From NCBI GenBank assembly GCA_049860595.1, contig CP187551.1: DNA of 64,000 bases; one strand, written 5' to 3'. The notes below the pieces were generated by a model. The model was not told the origin of the DNA, did no database searches, and saw only the letters and a program-made list of their open reading frames with translations. Shown here one piece after another: positions 21,569-31,478 of this stretch (positions within the stretch are counted from its first letter, which is position 1; every line of letters starts with the position of its first letter). The DNA comes from Methanocaldococcus sp. 16A (GTDB lineage: Archaea; AGJL01; Methanococci; Methanococcales; Methanocaldococcaceae). Made by a program: the position numbers and the translations under genes.

Positions 21569-21585
21569 ACCGTAAAATTTATATA
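21569..21585 (+). promoter_or_regulatory. BRE + TATA promoter of tRNA-Trp
   Basis: ACCGTAAAA-TTTATATA about 35 bp upstream of the tRNA. Confidence 0.7.
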
Positions 21586-21618
21586 TCCCCTTTTACTTTT
21601 TATATGTGTCGTTAATGC

Positions 21619-21729
21619 GGGGGTGTGGTGTAGCCAGGTCTATCATCGGGGACTCCAGTTGCCTATAGGGCGCTGGACCATGGCAGGAGAAATCCCTGGA
21701 CCTGGGTTCAAATCCCAGCACCCCCACCA
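21619..21729 (+). tRNA. tRNA-Trp(CCA) with 33-nt intron at 37/38 (intron 21659-21691), encoded CCA end
   Basis: Acceptor GGGGGTG/CACCCCC, anticodon loop CT-CCA-G[intron]A, bulge-helix-bulge CTCC/GGAG, T-loop TTCAAAT. Confidence 0.95.
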
Positions 21730-21820
21730 TTTTTTGCTAAATAACAATTATTATCGTATGTTTTATTTTTCAGTAATTAATCTGTAGATTTGGATATATT
21801 TGTGAAGATAACTTCGATAG

Positions 21821-22363
21821 GTGTCGAAATTGGATGAACTAGAAATCATAGCCCACAACTTATCAATATTAAAAAGATTCTATACTGACGATGAATGGAA
21901 ATATAAGATGGATACTTTAATAAATAAAATTTTAAAAGCTAAAAAAATCTTTGTTTTTGGTGTTGGAAGGAGTGGATATATTGGAAGATGTTTTACTATG
22001 AGATTAATGCATCTTGGCTTTAACTCCTATTTTGTTGGAGAGACAACAACTTCATCATATGAAAAAGATGATTTGCTAATTTTAATATCTGGTAGTGGAA
22101 AGACAGAGACTGTTTTAACAGTTGCTAAAAGGGCAAAGGAAATAAATAATAATATTGTTGCAATTGTATGCGAATGTGGAACTATAGTGGAATTTGCTGA
22201 GCTGATAATTCCATTAGAGGTTAAAAAATCAAAATATTTACCAATGGGAACTACTTTTGAAGAAACAACTTTAATATTCTTAGATTTAGTTATAGCTGAG
22301 ATTATGAAGAGGTTAAATTTAGATGAAAGTGAAATTATAAAAAGACATTGTAACTTGTTATGA
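21821..22363 (+). CDS. hxlB: 6-phospho-3-hexuloisomerase (SIS domain)
   Basis: FGVGRSG, RLMHLG, ISGSGKT, PMGTTFE, RHCNL C-terminus. Confidence 0.93.
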   Translation: MSKLDELEIIAHNLSILKRFYTDDEWKYKMDTLINKILKAKKIFVFGVGRSGYIGRCFTMRLMHLGFNSYFVGETTTSSYEKDDLLILISGSGKTETVLTVAKRAKEINNNIVAIVCECGTIVEFAELIIPLEVKKSKYLPMGTTFEETTLIFLDLVIAEIMKRLNLDESEIIKRHCNLL

Positions 22364-22418
22364 TTGACTCCCATAATAAATCTTTATAAATAAGGAGTGG
22401 TAACTTAATTTAGTTGAA

Positions 22419-22454
22419 TAAGACTTTCGCATATCCTATAAGAGAAATGTCCTA
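22419..22454. repeat. Internally deleted MJRE-like remnant
   Basis: TAAGACTTTCGCA ... GAAATGTCCTA. Confidence 0.55.
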
Positions 22455-22478
22455 TTGAAATAACAAAAAGGTGGAATT

Positions 22479-23564
22479 ATGAAATTTGGATGGGTTAATG
22501 TTACTGGAGATAACTGGGAAGATAAAAAGGAGATTGTAAAGATGGCTTTGGAATCATCAATTCCTGTGGTTGTTGCTGAACCAGAAGATATTGAAAAAAT
22601 TAAAGAGCTTGGAAATATTAAAGTAGCTTCACATAGCTTAGATGCAGATATTGTTTTAGTAAATAAAGATGACAACATAGAGTTTTTAAAAGAAGCTAAA
22701 AACTTGGGCAAAGAAACAGCTATTTATATACCAATAGAATCAAAAGAAGATGAAGAATTAGCTTCTGAAGTAGCAAGGTTTGGTTTTGTTGATAACATTA
22801 TCTTAGAGGGTAGAGATTGGACAATCATCCCATTAGAGAATTTAATAGCCGATTTATTTAATAGAGATGTAAAAATTATTGCAAGTGTTGATTCAGTTGA
22901 TGAGGCGAAGGTTGCTTATGAAATTTTAGAGAAAGGAACTGATGGAGTTCTTTTAAACCCAAAAAACTTAGAGGATATAAAAGAGTTGTCAAAATTAATT
23001 GAGGAAATGAATAAAGAAAAAATAGCCTTAGATGTAGCAACAATAACAAGAGTTGAGCCAATAGGTAGTGGAGATAGGGTTTGTATAGATACCTGCTCAT
23101 TAATGGAGATAGGAGAAGGAATGTTAATTGGTTCCTACTCAAGAGGTTTATTTTTAGTTCATTCTGAGACTGTAGAAAACCCTTACGTAGCTACAAGACC
23201 TTTCAGAGTTAATGCAGGGCCTGTTCATGCCTATATATTATGCCCAGGGAATAAAACAAAATATTTAAGTGAGTTAAAGGCAGGAGATAAGGTTTTAATT
23301 GTTGATAAGGATGGAAATGCAAGGGAAGCTATAGTTGGCAGGGTAAAGATTGAAAGAAGGCCATTGATATTAATTGAAGCAGAATATAAAGGAGATATTA
23401 TAAGGACTATATTACAAAATGCTGAAACAATAAGGTTAGTTAATGAAAAAGGAGAGCCAGTTTCTGTTGTTGATTTAAAACCTGGAGACAAAGTTTTAAT
23501 AAAACCAGAGGAATATGCAAGACATTTTGGGATGGCAATAAAAGAGACAATCATTGAAAAATGA
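22479..23564 (+). CDS. aroB': 3-dehydroquinate synthase II
   Basis: DWTIIPLENLIA, GDRVCIDTCS, RPFRVNAGPVH, ILQNAETI, RHFGMAIKETIIEK. Confidence 0.95.
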   Translation: MKFGWVNVTGDNWEDKKEIVKMALESSIPVVVAEPEDIEKIKELGNIKVASHSLDADIVLVNKDDNIEFLKEAKNLGKETAIYIPIESKEDEELASEVARFGFVDNIILEGRDWTIIPLENLIADLFNRDVKIIASVDSVDEAKVAYEILEKGTDGVLLNPKNLEDIKELSKLIEEMNKEKIALDVATITRVEPIGSGDRVCIDTCSLMEIGEGMLIGSYSRGLFLVHSETVENPYVATRPFRVNAGPVHAYILCPGNKTKYLSELKAGDKVLIVDKDGNAREAIVGRVKIERRPLILIEAEYKGDIIRTILQNAETIRLVNEKGEPVSVVDLKPGDKVLIKPEEYARHFGMAIKETIIEK

Positions 23565-23586
23565 CCATTAAAAATTCTGTGAGATT

Positions 23587-24345
23587 ATGGAAATAAAAAT
23601 AGGTAAAGTTGAAAAAAAATTGAATCAAATTATTGAAGAGGAGGGAGCTGTTTATCTAACTCTATTAGACCCAGAGGAAGAAAATATTGAAGAGATAGCT
23701 GAAAAAGTTAAAGATTATGCAGATGTAATAATGGTTGGAGGGAGTATTGGAGTTGTTAATTTAGATGAAGCAGTGAAAAAAATAAAAAAAATAACTAAGC
23801 TTCCAATAATCCTATTCCCTGGAAATGTTGATGGACTTTCAAAATACGCTGATGCTGTATTTTATATGAGCTTAATGAACTCATCCAATACATATTGGGC
23901 AATAACTGCTCCAACTTTAGGAGCTATAACTATATTAAAATATAACTTAGAGCCAATACCTATGGCTTATCTCTGCATAGAGCCAGCTAAAAAAACTGCT
24001 GTAGGTTATGTTGGTGAAATTAGGGAAATACCTCAAAACAAACCAAAAATAACAGCTATGTATTGTTTATCAGCAAAGTTCTTTGGTATGAGATGGGCAT
24101 ACTTAGAAGCTGGAAGTGGAGCTCCTTACCCTATAAATAATGAAACAATAGCTTTATCAAAAAAGCTCTCTGGGATTAATATAATTGTTGGTGGAGGGAT
24201 TAGAAAGCCAGAAATTGCCTATGAAAAGGTTTTAGCAGGAGCTGATGCAATAGTTACAGGTAATTTGTTGGAAGAGAATCCAAATGCTGTTGAGATGATG
24301 TATGATGCAATTAAAAAAGCTGGAAAAGAGAAGCTTAAAAAATAA
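23587..24345 (+). CDS. Geranylgeranylglyceryl phosphate synthase
   Basis: TLLDP, MVGGS, ILFPG, YLEAGSGA, VGGGIR. Confidence 0.95.
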   Translation: MEIKIGKVEKKLNQIIEEEGAVYLTLLDPEEENIEEIAEKVKDYADVIMVGGSIGVVNLDEAVKKIKKITKLPIILFPGNVDGLSKYADAVFYMSLMNSSNTYWAITAPTLGAITILKYNLEPIPMAYLCIEPAKKTAVGYVGEIREIPQNKPKITAMYCLSAKFFGMRWAYLEAGSGAPYPINNETIALSKKLSGINIIVGGGIRKPEIAYEKVLAGADAIVTGNLLEENPNAVEMMYDAIKKAGKEKLKK

Positions 24346-24353
24346 ATTATTTT

Positions 24354-25049
24354 TTATTTACTTTTTTTAGCAACAAATCCTATATAAGATGAAAAATGCT
24401 TTAAAAAGCTTTTATAAATAAACTTATCCAATGGAGAGTTTGTAATATTTGCTCCAAAGGTATAAACTACCTCAAAGCCATTATCTTCTAAGATATTTTT
24501 AACCTCTTTAATATTATAAAATCTTGTTTTTACTTTTATTTTTTCTCCATCAACAACCTTTATTATTGTTCCTTTTCTTTTCTTTAAAGCACTTCTTACC
24601 TTTTTGAAGTTTCCTTTTAAAATATTCTTTAAAATCCATTTTATATCATAGACATTTGCTACTGTAAATATAAAAATTCCATCCTTTTTTAAAACTCTAT
24701 TAACTTCTTTTAAAGCTCTTTTTAAATTGCAATGATTTAAAGCTCCAAAAAATGATATTACTTTATCAAAACTCCTATTTTTGAATGGGAGAAACTCAGC
24801 GTTAGCAACTACTACAGGTTTGTTGGTTTTTTTATTTGCTATTTTAGCCATTTCTATTGATATATCTAAACCAATTGCTTTATTTAAAATTTTTAATTGC
24901 TCCCCTGTCCCACAACCAATATCTAAGACAAAGTCATCATCTTTAATCTCTTTTTTTAAAATTTCTCTTTCCACAAACCTCATATACTTGTTTTTATACA
25001 ATTTATCATAGCTTTTAGCTAATTTGTCGTAATATTCTTTAACACCCAT
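24354..25049 (-). CDS. Class I SAM-dependent methyltransferase
   Basis: VLDIGCGTG motif I, GLDISIEM, LPFKNRSFD. Confidence 0.9.
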   Translation of the reverse strand: MGVKEYYDKLAKSYDKLYKNKYMRFVEREILKKEIKDDDFVLDIGCGTGEQLKILNKAIGLDISIEMAKIANKKTNKPVVVANAEFLPFKNRSFDKVISFFGALNHCNLKRALKEVNRVLKKDGIFIFTVANVYDIKWILKNILKGNFKKVRSALKKRKGTIIKVVDGEKIKVKTRFYNIKEVKNILEDNGFEVVYTFGANITNSPLDKFIYKSFLKHFSSYIGFVAKKSK

Positions 25050-25068
25050 ACATATCACGGTGAGTAAA

Positions 25069-25572
25069 ATGATTACAGTAGCTACTGCTGAATGTTTTAC
25101 ACATGCAAATATTGGCTTAACATTACATAAGGCAGCTGCTGGCTATGAAGATTTTGAATTTAAATATTTATTTTCTGATGAAGATTTAAAATTAATTAAA
25201 AATATTAAAATTATAGCAGCTATGTTTATTCCTTCAATTGTAGGGGCTGAAAAGCTCTTAGATATAAAACTTCCAGAGCCTGATTATAGCTATAGATATG
25301 CAAAGGCATATAGTGAAGAGAAGGATTTAGAGGTTGCTAAGCTAATGGCAATGGGATTAAAGAAAAAGCTAAATGCTAATATAGCTATTGGAACTACCGC
25401 AGGCATTGGTATGGGAGCTATTTGTATATTAACAGATAATAATTGTTATTTATTTACTTCAGATGTTTATGCCAACCTAATTACTTTTGAGAATGTTAAA
25501 GAGAGGCAAAGAAATGGCATTGAAAAAGGAATAAAAAAGTTCTTAGAGATTTTAAAAAAGGAATATTTTTAG
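25069..25572 (+). CDS. hcgF: FeGP cofactor biosynthesis protein HcgF (UPF0254)
   Basis: MITVATAECFTHANIG, KAYSEEKD, IGTTAGIG. GGTGA RBS. Confidence 0.88.
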   Translation: MITVATAECFTHANIGLTLHKAAAGYEDFEFKYLFSDEDLKLIKNIKIIAAMFIPSIVGAEKLLDIKLPEPDYSYRYAKAYSEEKDLEVAKLMAMGLKKKLNANIAIGTTAGIGMGAICILTDNNCYLFTSDVYANLITFENVKERQRNGIEKGIKKFLEILKKEYF

Positions 25573-25577
25573 ATATT

Positions 25578-26423
25578 TTATACTCTCTTTTTGTATATTG
25601 TTAAATAATATCTCAATATTCCAGCATTTAACAACCATGTGTTTATAATATCGGCAATTAAAGCCAAGATTAAGACAGTAGCTATATTAGCCAATATATC
25701 TGCAACTGGGATAAATAGCTTTACAACAATTAATAATACTAACATAGCACTAATTGTAGTTAAAGTCATTGTTATACCAGTTTTCATTGCTTCTTTAACA
25801 GTTTCATCAAAGCTTTTTGTTAATCTCTTTAAAACTCTTGTTGTTAATAAAATGTTTGAATCTACGCTATAACCAATAACCATTAATAAAGCAGCTATAG
25901 TAGCTGAGGACAGCTCAATATTAAATAAGCTCATCGCCCCTAAGGCAACTATCAAATCTGATAATGCGCATAGTATAATTGTTCCACTTGGCACGGGATT
26001 TCTAAAGTAGAGGTAGACAGCTATTGCCATAAATAAAAATGCAAATCCAACAGCTTTTAATCCCTCTTCAAAGAATTTAGCACTTAACATCGCTCCAATA
26101 GTCTTTTCAGAATAATTTAACTTATCTAAACTATCAACATGGAAAAATTCTTTAATTTTTTGCTTTACAATGTCAGAGTTTTCACTTTTACATCTAACAA
26201 CTATGTAATATCCATCAGCTGATTTTAATTTCTTTATTTCTGCTATTCCATCAAGTGATTCTTTTAGAGGGGTTATGTCTATATCTTTATCCACTTTAAT
26301 TGTTATCTCCGTTCCCCCAGTTATATCTATACTTTTAGGAATTCCTTTAAAACCTATTAATAAAATTGATAATATAAGAAGGGCTATTGGTATGGCAATT
26401 GATAGCCTATAATCTTTTAGCAT
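25578..26423 (-). CDS. secF: Protein translocase subunit SecF
   Basis: IDITGGTE, IAALLMVIGYSVDSNILLT. Confidence 0.95.
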   Translation of the reverse strand: MLKDYRLSIAIPIALLILSILLIGFKGIPKSIDITGGTEITIKVDKDIDITPLKESLDGIAEIKKLKSADGYYIVVRCKSENSDIVKQKIKEFFHVDSLDKLNYSEKTIGAMLSAKFFEEGLKAVGFAFLFMAIAVYLYFRNPVPSGTIILCALSDLIVALGAMSLFNIELSSATIAALLMVIGYSVDSNILLTTRVLKRLTKSFDETVKEAMKTGITMTLTTISAMLVLLIVVKLFIPVADILANIATVLILALIADIINTWLLNAGILRYYLTIYKKRV

Positions 26424-26495
26424 CTTTCCAACCCCTTTGTATTTTGGTCTATGCGAAACAAATTTTTATATATATTAAAGGGATATAAATAATAG

Positions 26496-26687
26496 TAGGA
26501 CTTTCGCATGAATAAATATAGAATGGCATAACACTTTGAATGCAGAATATAACATTTCTTTTATTGACTTAATTGAAGCCAAAAGCTTCAAAGTACCCTA
26601 ATACATATAAAAAATGCATTCAGACTGTTATTTGATGCCAAAGGCATCATTATTTCCTTATTAAATATATAAACTGCGAAAGTTCTA
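26496..26687. mobile_element. MJRE-like MITE interrupted by a second element
   Basis: TAGGACTTTCGCA ... CTGCGAAAGTTCTA with GATGCC-AAA-GGCATC hairpin. About 100 bp longer than sister copies. Confidence 0.8.
26528..26631. mobile_element. Nested MITE-like element with a different TIR (ATAACAGTCTGAATGCA type)
   Basis: ATAACACTTTGAATGCA ... TGCATTCAGACTGTTAT (15/17 IR), central TTGAAGC/GCTTCAA hairpin. Confidence 0.7.
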
Positions 26688-26710
26688 TAATAATATCACA
26701 CCAATTAAAG

Positions 26711-28018
26711 GTGATATACATTAAACCTAAGAAATTTTTAATATTTTTGTTTTTCTTTCTATTGTTGGGAAATATATCTTTGGCATACAGCATTGAAAAG
26801 ATAGATATCAAATGCATAGTTAATCCTGACGATACCATAAATGAGACAATAACTATGGTAATTTACAATAACGATAATAAAAATTTGAGTAGTATTACAT
26901 ATACAATCCCTCAAAATGTTGAAAATCTTACAATAAACTCTTCTGTAAATATTAAAGGATATAGTGCCCTATACAATGATGGAATTACAGAAATTGCCGT
27001 AGAATTTGAAAAACCTATCCCTCCAAATGAGTATGTAAATGTAACATTTAATTGTTTAGTAACTGATGCAATCTGGACGAGAGATGATATTAAGCAACTT
27101 ATTATGAACTTTCCAATCCCTGCAAAAAATGCTACTATAAAAGTAATTCTTCCACCAGGGGCAGTTATATCTTCCCCTCAAGGTACTTTGCTTGTAACTC
27201 CTTCTGGATACAAAATAACTACCGATGGAAAACATCAAATCATTATATGGGATTTGTCCTTAAATAAAGAAATAACTTTCACAATTACTGTAAAATATAC
27301 CTTTATAACATATCCCTCAAATAATATTGTAGAATATCCATCTATTAATAATAATTTGAAATATCTCTTAATAATTACAATATTTGGGGCTACAATATTT
27401 GGGGGTCTATTTATTAGAGAGAGAATTTCTAAAAAGAAGACCATAAAAGATACTGAAAGCATAAAAAATGAATTAAATGAACTAAAAGATAAATTAAAAG
27501 AAAAAGAAGATGAGGTTAAAAATTTAACTGCAAAAATAAAAGATTTAGAAGTTGAATTGAGTAAAGCTAATAAAAATTTACTAAGTAAGAATGAGATTAT
27601 TGGAGTGTTAAATGAAAGGATTTCCGAATATGAAAGTAGAATACAAAAACTTGTAGATGAAAATCTCTCATATAAAGAAAATATTGAATCACTAAACAAA
27701 TATATTGAAAAATTAAAGAAAGAGAATGAAGAGCTAAAAGACAAAGTTAGAAACTTAGAAGAGATTGCGAAGAAATATATGGAAGAAAAAAAAGGAGTAT
27801 TGTGGAGATTTTTAACAGAAGAAGAGAAAATCATAATTGATTTGATAAAAAAACATGGACATATAACTCAAAAAGAAATTGTTGAAATTACTGGAATGAG
27901 TAAGCCAAAGGTTTCACGAATTATATCTGAATTAGAAGCTAGGAAAATAATAAGAAAGGAAAAAATTGGAAGAATCAATAAATTGGCTCTTACAGAAGAA
28001 AGTAAAAAGCTATTATAG
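26711..28018 (+). CDS. Membrane-anchored winged-HTH transcriptional regulator with extracellular domain and long coiled coil (COG2512-like)
   Basis: Signal-like N-terminus, beta-rich domain (VILPPGA), TM helix, coiled coil, LTEEEKIIIDLI...ITQKEIV..GMSKPKVSRIISELE wHTH. Confidence 0.85.
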   Translation: MIYIKPKKFLIFLFFFLLLGNISLAYSIEKIDIKCIVNPDDTINETITMVIYNNDNKNLSSITYTIPQNVENLTINSSVNIKGYSALYNDGITEIAVEFEKPIPPNEYVNVTFNCLVTDAIWTRDDIKQLIMNFPIPAKNATIKVILPPGAVISSPQGTLLVTPSGYKITTDGKHQIIIWDLSLNKEITFTITVKYTFITYPSNNIVEYPSINNNLKYLLIITIFGATIFGGLFIRERISKKKTIKDTESIKNELNELKDKLKEKEDEVKNLTAKIKDLEVELSKANKNLLSKNEIIGVLNERISEYESRIQKLVDENLSYKENIESLNKYIEKLKKENEELKDKVRNLEEIAKKYMEEKKGVLWRFLTEEEKIIIDLIKKHGHITQKEIVEITGMSKPKVSRIISELEARKIIRKEKIGRINKLALTEESKKLL

Positions 28019-28027
28019 AGGGGTAGT

Positions 28028-29209
28028 ATGAAAATTCTTATTTCAGTTTGTGGGGAGGGTTTTGGACATACAACAAGATGTATAGCAATTGGTGAAGCTT
28101 TAAAAGATGATTATGAAATCTCATACATTGCCTATGGAAAAAGTAAAGATTTCATTGAGAAATATAACTTTAAAGTTTTTGAAACATTCCCAGAGATAAA
28201 ACTTAAAGGAAGAGATGGAAAATTTGATATAACTTCAAGTATATTTAATAAAGAATACAGCCCAAAAAAAGCTATTAGGAGAGAAATGGAAATCATTAAA
28301 GAATATAATCCTGATTTAATAATCTCTGACTGCAAATATAGTACAATTGTAGCAGCAAAACTTTTAAAAAAGCCGGTTATCTGTATAAGCAATCAAAACT
28401 ATACAAAATATAAATTAAAAACAGATTTAATTGTCTATCCTACAATGAAAGCTCTAAACATAATAAATGAAAGATGTGAAAGATTTATAGTACCTGATTT
28501 TCCTCCACCATATACTATATGTGAATACAACCTAAAAATTATAAAAAATATGGAGTTTATAGGCCCTTTAATTAGATATGACATTGAAGATGATGACAAT
28601 GAAGAAAATTACATATTGAGCGTTATTGGAGGTTTTGAGTATAGATATAAAATTCTTGAAGAGCTTGGAAAAATTGCTTTAAAAAATAACTTGAATGTAA
28701 AACTTGTATGTGGAAGTTATGAAGTAGCTAAAATGCTAAAAAATGATTTAAAATTACACACTTATAAGGATAAAAACATTGAAATAATCCCAATAACAAC
28801 AAATATGAAAGAACTTATAAAAAATGCAGAACTTATTATATCTCATGGTGGGCATTCAACAATAATGGAAGCTCTATCATTTGGAAAACCGTTAATTGTT
28901 ATCCCAGATTTAGACCATCCTGAGCAAGGAAATAATGCTAAAAAAGTCCATAATTTAGGTTGTGGAATAGCTTTATCTTATAAAGAGCTATATAGATTAG
29001 AGGAAACTATATTTGACATAACAAATATGAAATTTTATAAAAGAAATGCTTTAAAAATGAGAGAACTTGCAAAAAAATACAATGGAAAGAAGAATATTAA
29101 AAAAATAATAGATAATTTCTTCGAAACAAGAAGCAATAGAAAAAAATACTACTTAACAGACAGGATAACTAATAAGTTAATCAATAAGCTTAAGTTGAAG
29201 ATTAGGTGA
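28028..29209 (+). CDS. MJ1255/VC2487-family GT-B glycosyltransferase (MurG-like)
   Basis: [33 protein letters not shown]. Confidence 0.9.
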   Translation: MKILISVCGEGFGHTTRCIAIGEALKDDYEISYIAYGKSKDFIEKYNFKVFETFPEIKLKGRDGKFDITSSIFNKEYSPKKAIRREMEIIKEYNPDLIISDCKYSTIVAAKLLKKPVICISNQNYTKYKLKTDLIVYPTMKALNIINERCERFIVPDFPPPYTICEYNLKIIKNMEFIGPLIRYDIEDDDNEENYILSVIGGFEYRYKILEELGKIALKNNLNVKLVCGSYEVAKMLKNDLKLHTYKDKNIEIIPITTNMKELIKNAELIISHGGHSTIMEALSFGKPLIVIPDLDHPEQGNNAKKVHNLGCGIALSYKELYRLEETIFDITNMKFYKRNALKMRELAKKYNGKKNIKKIIDNFFETRSNRKKYYLTDRITNKLINKLKLKIR

Positions 29210-29213
29210 GAAT

Positions 29214-30137
29214 GTGATTACAGTATTATCTGGAGGAACAGGAACTCCAAAGCTATTGCAAGGCTTAAAAAGAGTTGTTGATAATGAAAAATTGGCTGTT
29301 ATTGTTAATACTGGTGAAGATACTTGGATAGGAGATTTATATTTATCACCTGATGTTGATACCGTTCTCTATACCTTAGCAGATTTAATTAATGAGGAAA
29401 CATGGTATGGGGTTAAAGGAGATACATTTTATACTCATGAGCAATTAAAAAATCTTGGATTTGATGAAGTTTTGAGGATAGGAGATAAAGATAGAGCCTT
29501 AAAAATGCATAAGACATATTATTTAAAGAGAGGTTATAAACTCTCAGAAATTGTGGATATGGAAAGAGAAGCATTAGGAATTAAAGCAAAAGTAATTCCA
29601 ATGAGCGATGATAGAGTTGAGACAAAAATTTTGGCAGAGGTTGATGGAAAAATAGATTTATTAAAATTCCATGACTTTTGGGTTAAGAGAAGAGGGAATG
29701 TTGAGGTTTTAGATGTTATTTATGAAAATAGTTTATATGCCAAACCTTGTGAGAAGGCGGTTGAAGCTATAGAGAATAGCGACCTTGTTATCATTGGTCC
29801 TTCAAATCCAATAACTTCTATAGGGCCAATTTTAAGTTTAAATGGAATTAGAGAGTTATTAAAAGATAAAAAAGTAGTGGCTGTTTCTCCAATAGTTGGA
29901 AATTCTGCTGTCTCAGGTCCTGCAGGTAAATTAATGAAAGCTAAGGGTTATGAAGTATCAGTTAAAGGAGTTTATGAATTTTATAAAGATATAGTTGATA
30001 TCTTAGTTATAGATAATGTTGATAAAGAAATAGCTAAAGAAATACCTTGTGAAGTTTTTATAACCAACACAATTATGAAAACATTGGATGACAAAGTTAG
30101 ATTAGCAAAAAATATTATTGAGTTCTGTGGTGGCTAA
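29214..30137 (+). CDS. cofD: 2-phospho-L-lactate transferase (F420 biosynthesis)
   Basis: LSGGTGTPKL, SPDVDTV, IGDKDRA, GPSNPITSIGP. Confidence 0.96.
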   Translation: MITVLSGGTGTPKLLQGLKRVVDNEKLAVIVNTGEDTWIGDLYLSPDVDTVLYTLADLINEETWYGVKGDTFYTHEQLKNLGFDEVLRIGDKDRALKMHKTYYLKRGYKLSEIVDMEREALGIKAKVIPMSDDRVETKILAEVDGKIDLLKFHDFWVKRRGNVEVLDVIYENSLYAKPCEKAVEAIENSDLVIIGPSNPITSIGPILSLNGIRELLKDKKVVAVSPIVGNSAVSGPAGKLMKAKGYEVSVKGVYEFYKDIVDILVIDNVDKEIAKEIPCEVFITNTIMKTLDDKVRLAKNIIEFCGG

Positions 30138-30141
30138 ATTT

Positions 30142-31191
30142 ATGAAACCAGTAGCTTTAGTAACAACAAAACCTGGATTCGAGCCTCAATTGAGGGATGA
30201 GCTAAATAAATTACCAATAAAAAAGAAAATCCTATGGACTCCATTTAGGGGAATTTTAATAGTTTTTTCTCAAAATTCTCATGAATTTTTAAATATTATT
30301 AAAGAAAATAAGGCTAATCTAAAATTTTTGTTGAGATTGATTCCGTTAGAGATAGAATGTAAAACAGATATTAATGAGATAAAAAGAACTGTATCTTTTT
30401 TAATCAATAAAAATAAAGAAAAATTAAGAAATAAATCTTTTGTAGTTAGGTGTAACAGGAGAGGTAATCATGAATTTACAAGTGAAGAACTTGAAAGAAT
30501 AATTGGAATGTATATATTAGATACCTTTAAAGATTTAAATTTAAAAGTAAATCTAAAAAATTGGGATTTCAAAATAAATATTGAAATTTTACAAGATAAA
30601 AGCTATATCTCAATATATTATGATGATTTTAATGAACTTGTTATTCAGGAGAATATAAACAATTTAAAAAACTTAAAGAGATATGCTGAAAGACCATTAA
30701 ACCGCTCAGAGAGAAAAATGAGTGAATTAATAAAAAAATTTCCGTTTATATTTGAAAACTTAAATTGCGTTGTAGATATTGGCTCATCCCCAGGAGGATG
30801 GGCGAAGATATTATCAAAAAAAGCTAAAAAGGTTTATGCTATAGATACTGGAGAGTTAAAGATAAAAGCTAACAACATAATCCATATAAAAAAGAGAGCT
30901 GAACATGTGGATTTTGAAAAAGATATTAATGAGGAAATTGATTTGATAACTAATGACACTAACCTATATCCTGATGAATCTATCTTTTTAACATTAAAAT
31001 TTGCGAAATATTTAAAAAGTGATAGATATATAATTCATACATTAAAAGCAAGAAATTCAAAGACCAAAAAGGAAGATTTAGAGCAAGTATTAAAAATTTT
31101 AGACCAATATAAAAATATTGAACTATTTAAAATAGTTAATTTAAAGGCCAATACCAAAAATGAACTCACAATAATACTCAAAAGAGCATAG
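30142..31191 (+). CDS. THUMP-domain + FtsJ/RrmJ-like RNA methyltransferase (RlmM-like architecture)
   Basis: THUMP SFVVRCNRRG..SEELERIIG, then NRSERKM, VDIGSSPGGW, HTLK, E. GGTGG RBS before ATG 30142. Confidence 0.85.
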   Translation: MKPVALVTTKPGFEPQLRDELNKLPIKKKILWTPFRGILIVFSQNSHEFLNIIKENKANLKFLLRLIPLEIECKTDINEIKRTVSFLINKNKEKLRNKSFVVRCNRRGNHEFTSEELERIIGMYILDTFKDLNLKVNLKNWDFKINIEILQDKSYISIYYDDFNELVIQENINNLKNLKRYAERPLNRSERKMSELIKKFPFIFENLNCVVDIGSSPGGWAKILSKKAKKVYAIDTGELKIKANNIIHIKKRAEHVDFEKDINEEIDLITNDTNLYPDESIFLTLKFAKYLKSDRYIIHTLKARNSKTKKEDLEQVLKILDQYKNIELFKIVNLKANTKNELTIILKRA

Positions 31192-31212
31192 GAGAAAATA
31201 TTTGAGAATATC

Positions 31213-31230
31213 CCCGAAAAATATATATAC
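31213..31230 (+). promoter_or_regulatory. BRE + TATA promoter of histone gene
   Basis: CCCGAAAAA-TATATATAC. Confidence 0.65.
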
Positions 31231-31274
31231 TTCCATTATAAAAAACTAAAAATGTAAAGTTCTGAGGTGGTATT

Positions 31275-31478
31275 ATGGCTGAGCTTCCAGTTGCACCATG
31301 TGTAAGAATCTTAAAGAAGGCAGGTGCTCAGAGAGTTAGTGAAGCAGCAGGGAAATACTTTGCCGAAGCTTTAGAGGAAATTGCTTTGGAAATAGCGAAG
31401 AAATCAGTTGATTTAGCTAAGCACGCAAAGAGAAAGACCGTAAAAGTTGAAGATGTAAAGGCTGCATTGAGAGGTTAA
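31275..31478 (+). CDS. Archaeal histone (HMf family)
   Basis: [33 protein letters not shown]. Confidence 0.97.
   Translation: MAELPVAPCVRILKKAGAQRVSEAAGKYFAEALEEIALEIAKKSVDLAKHAKRKTVKVEDVKAALRG

Noticed and set aside
27235-27834. 199-aa antisense ORF
   Set aside because: Phe/Ser-rich mirror of the Lys/Glu coiled coil on the opposite strand, with no motif or RBS.
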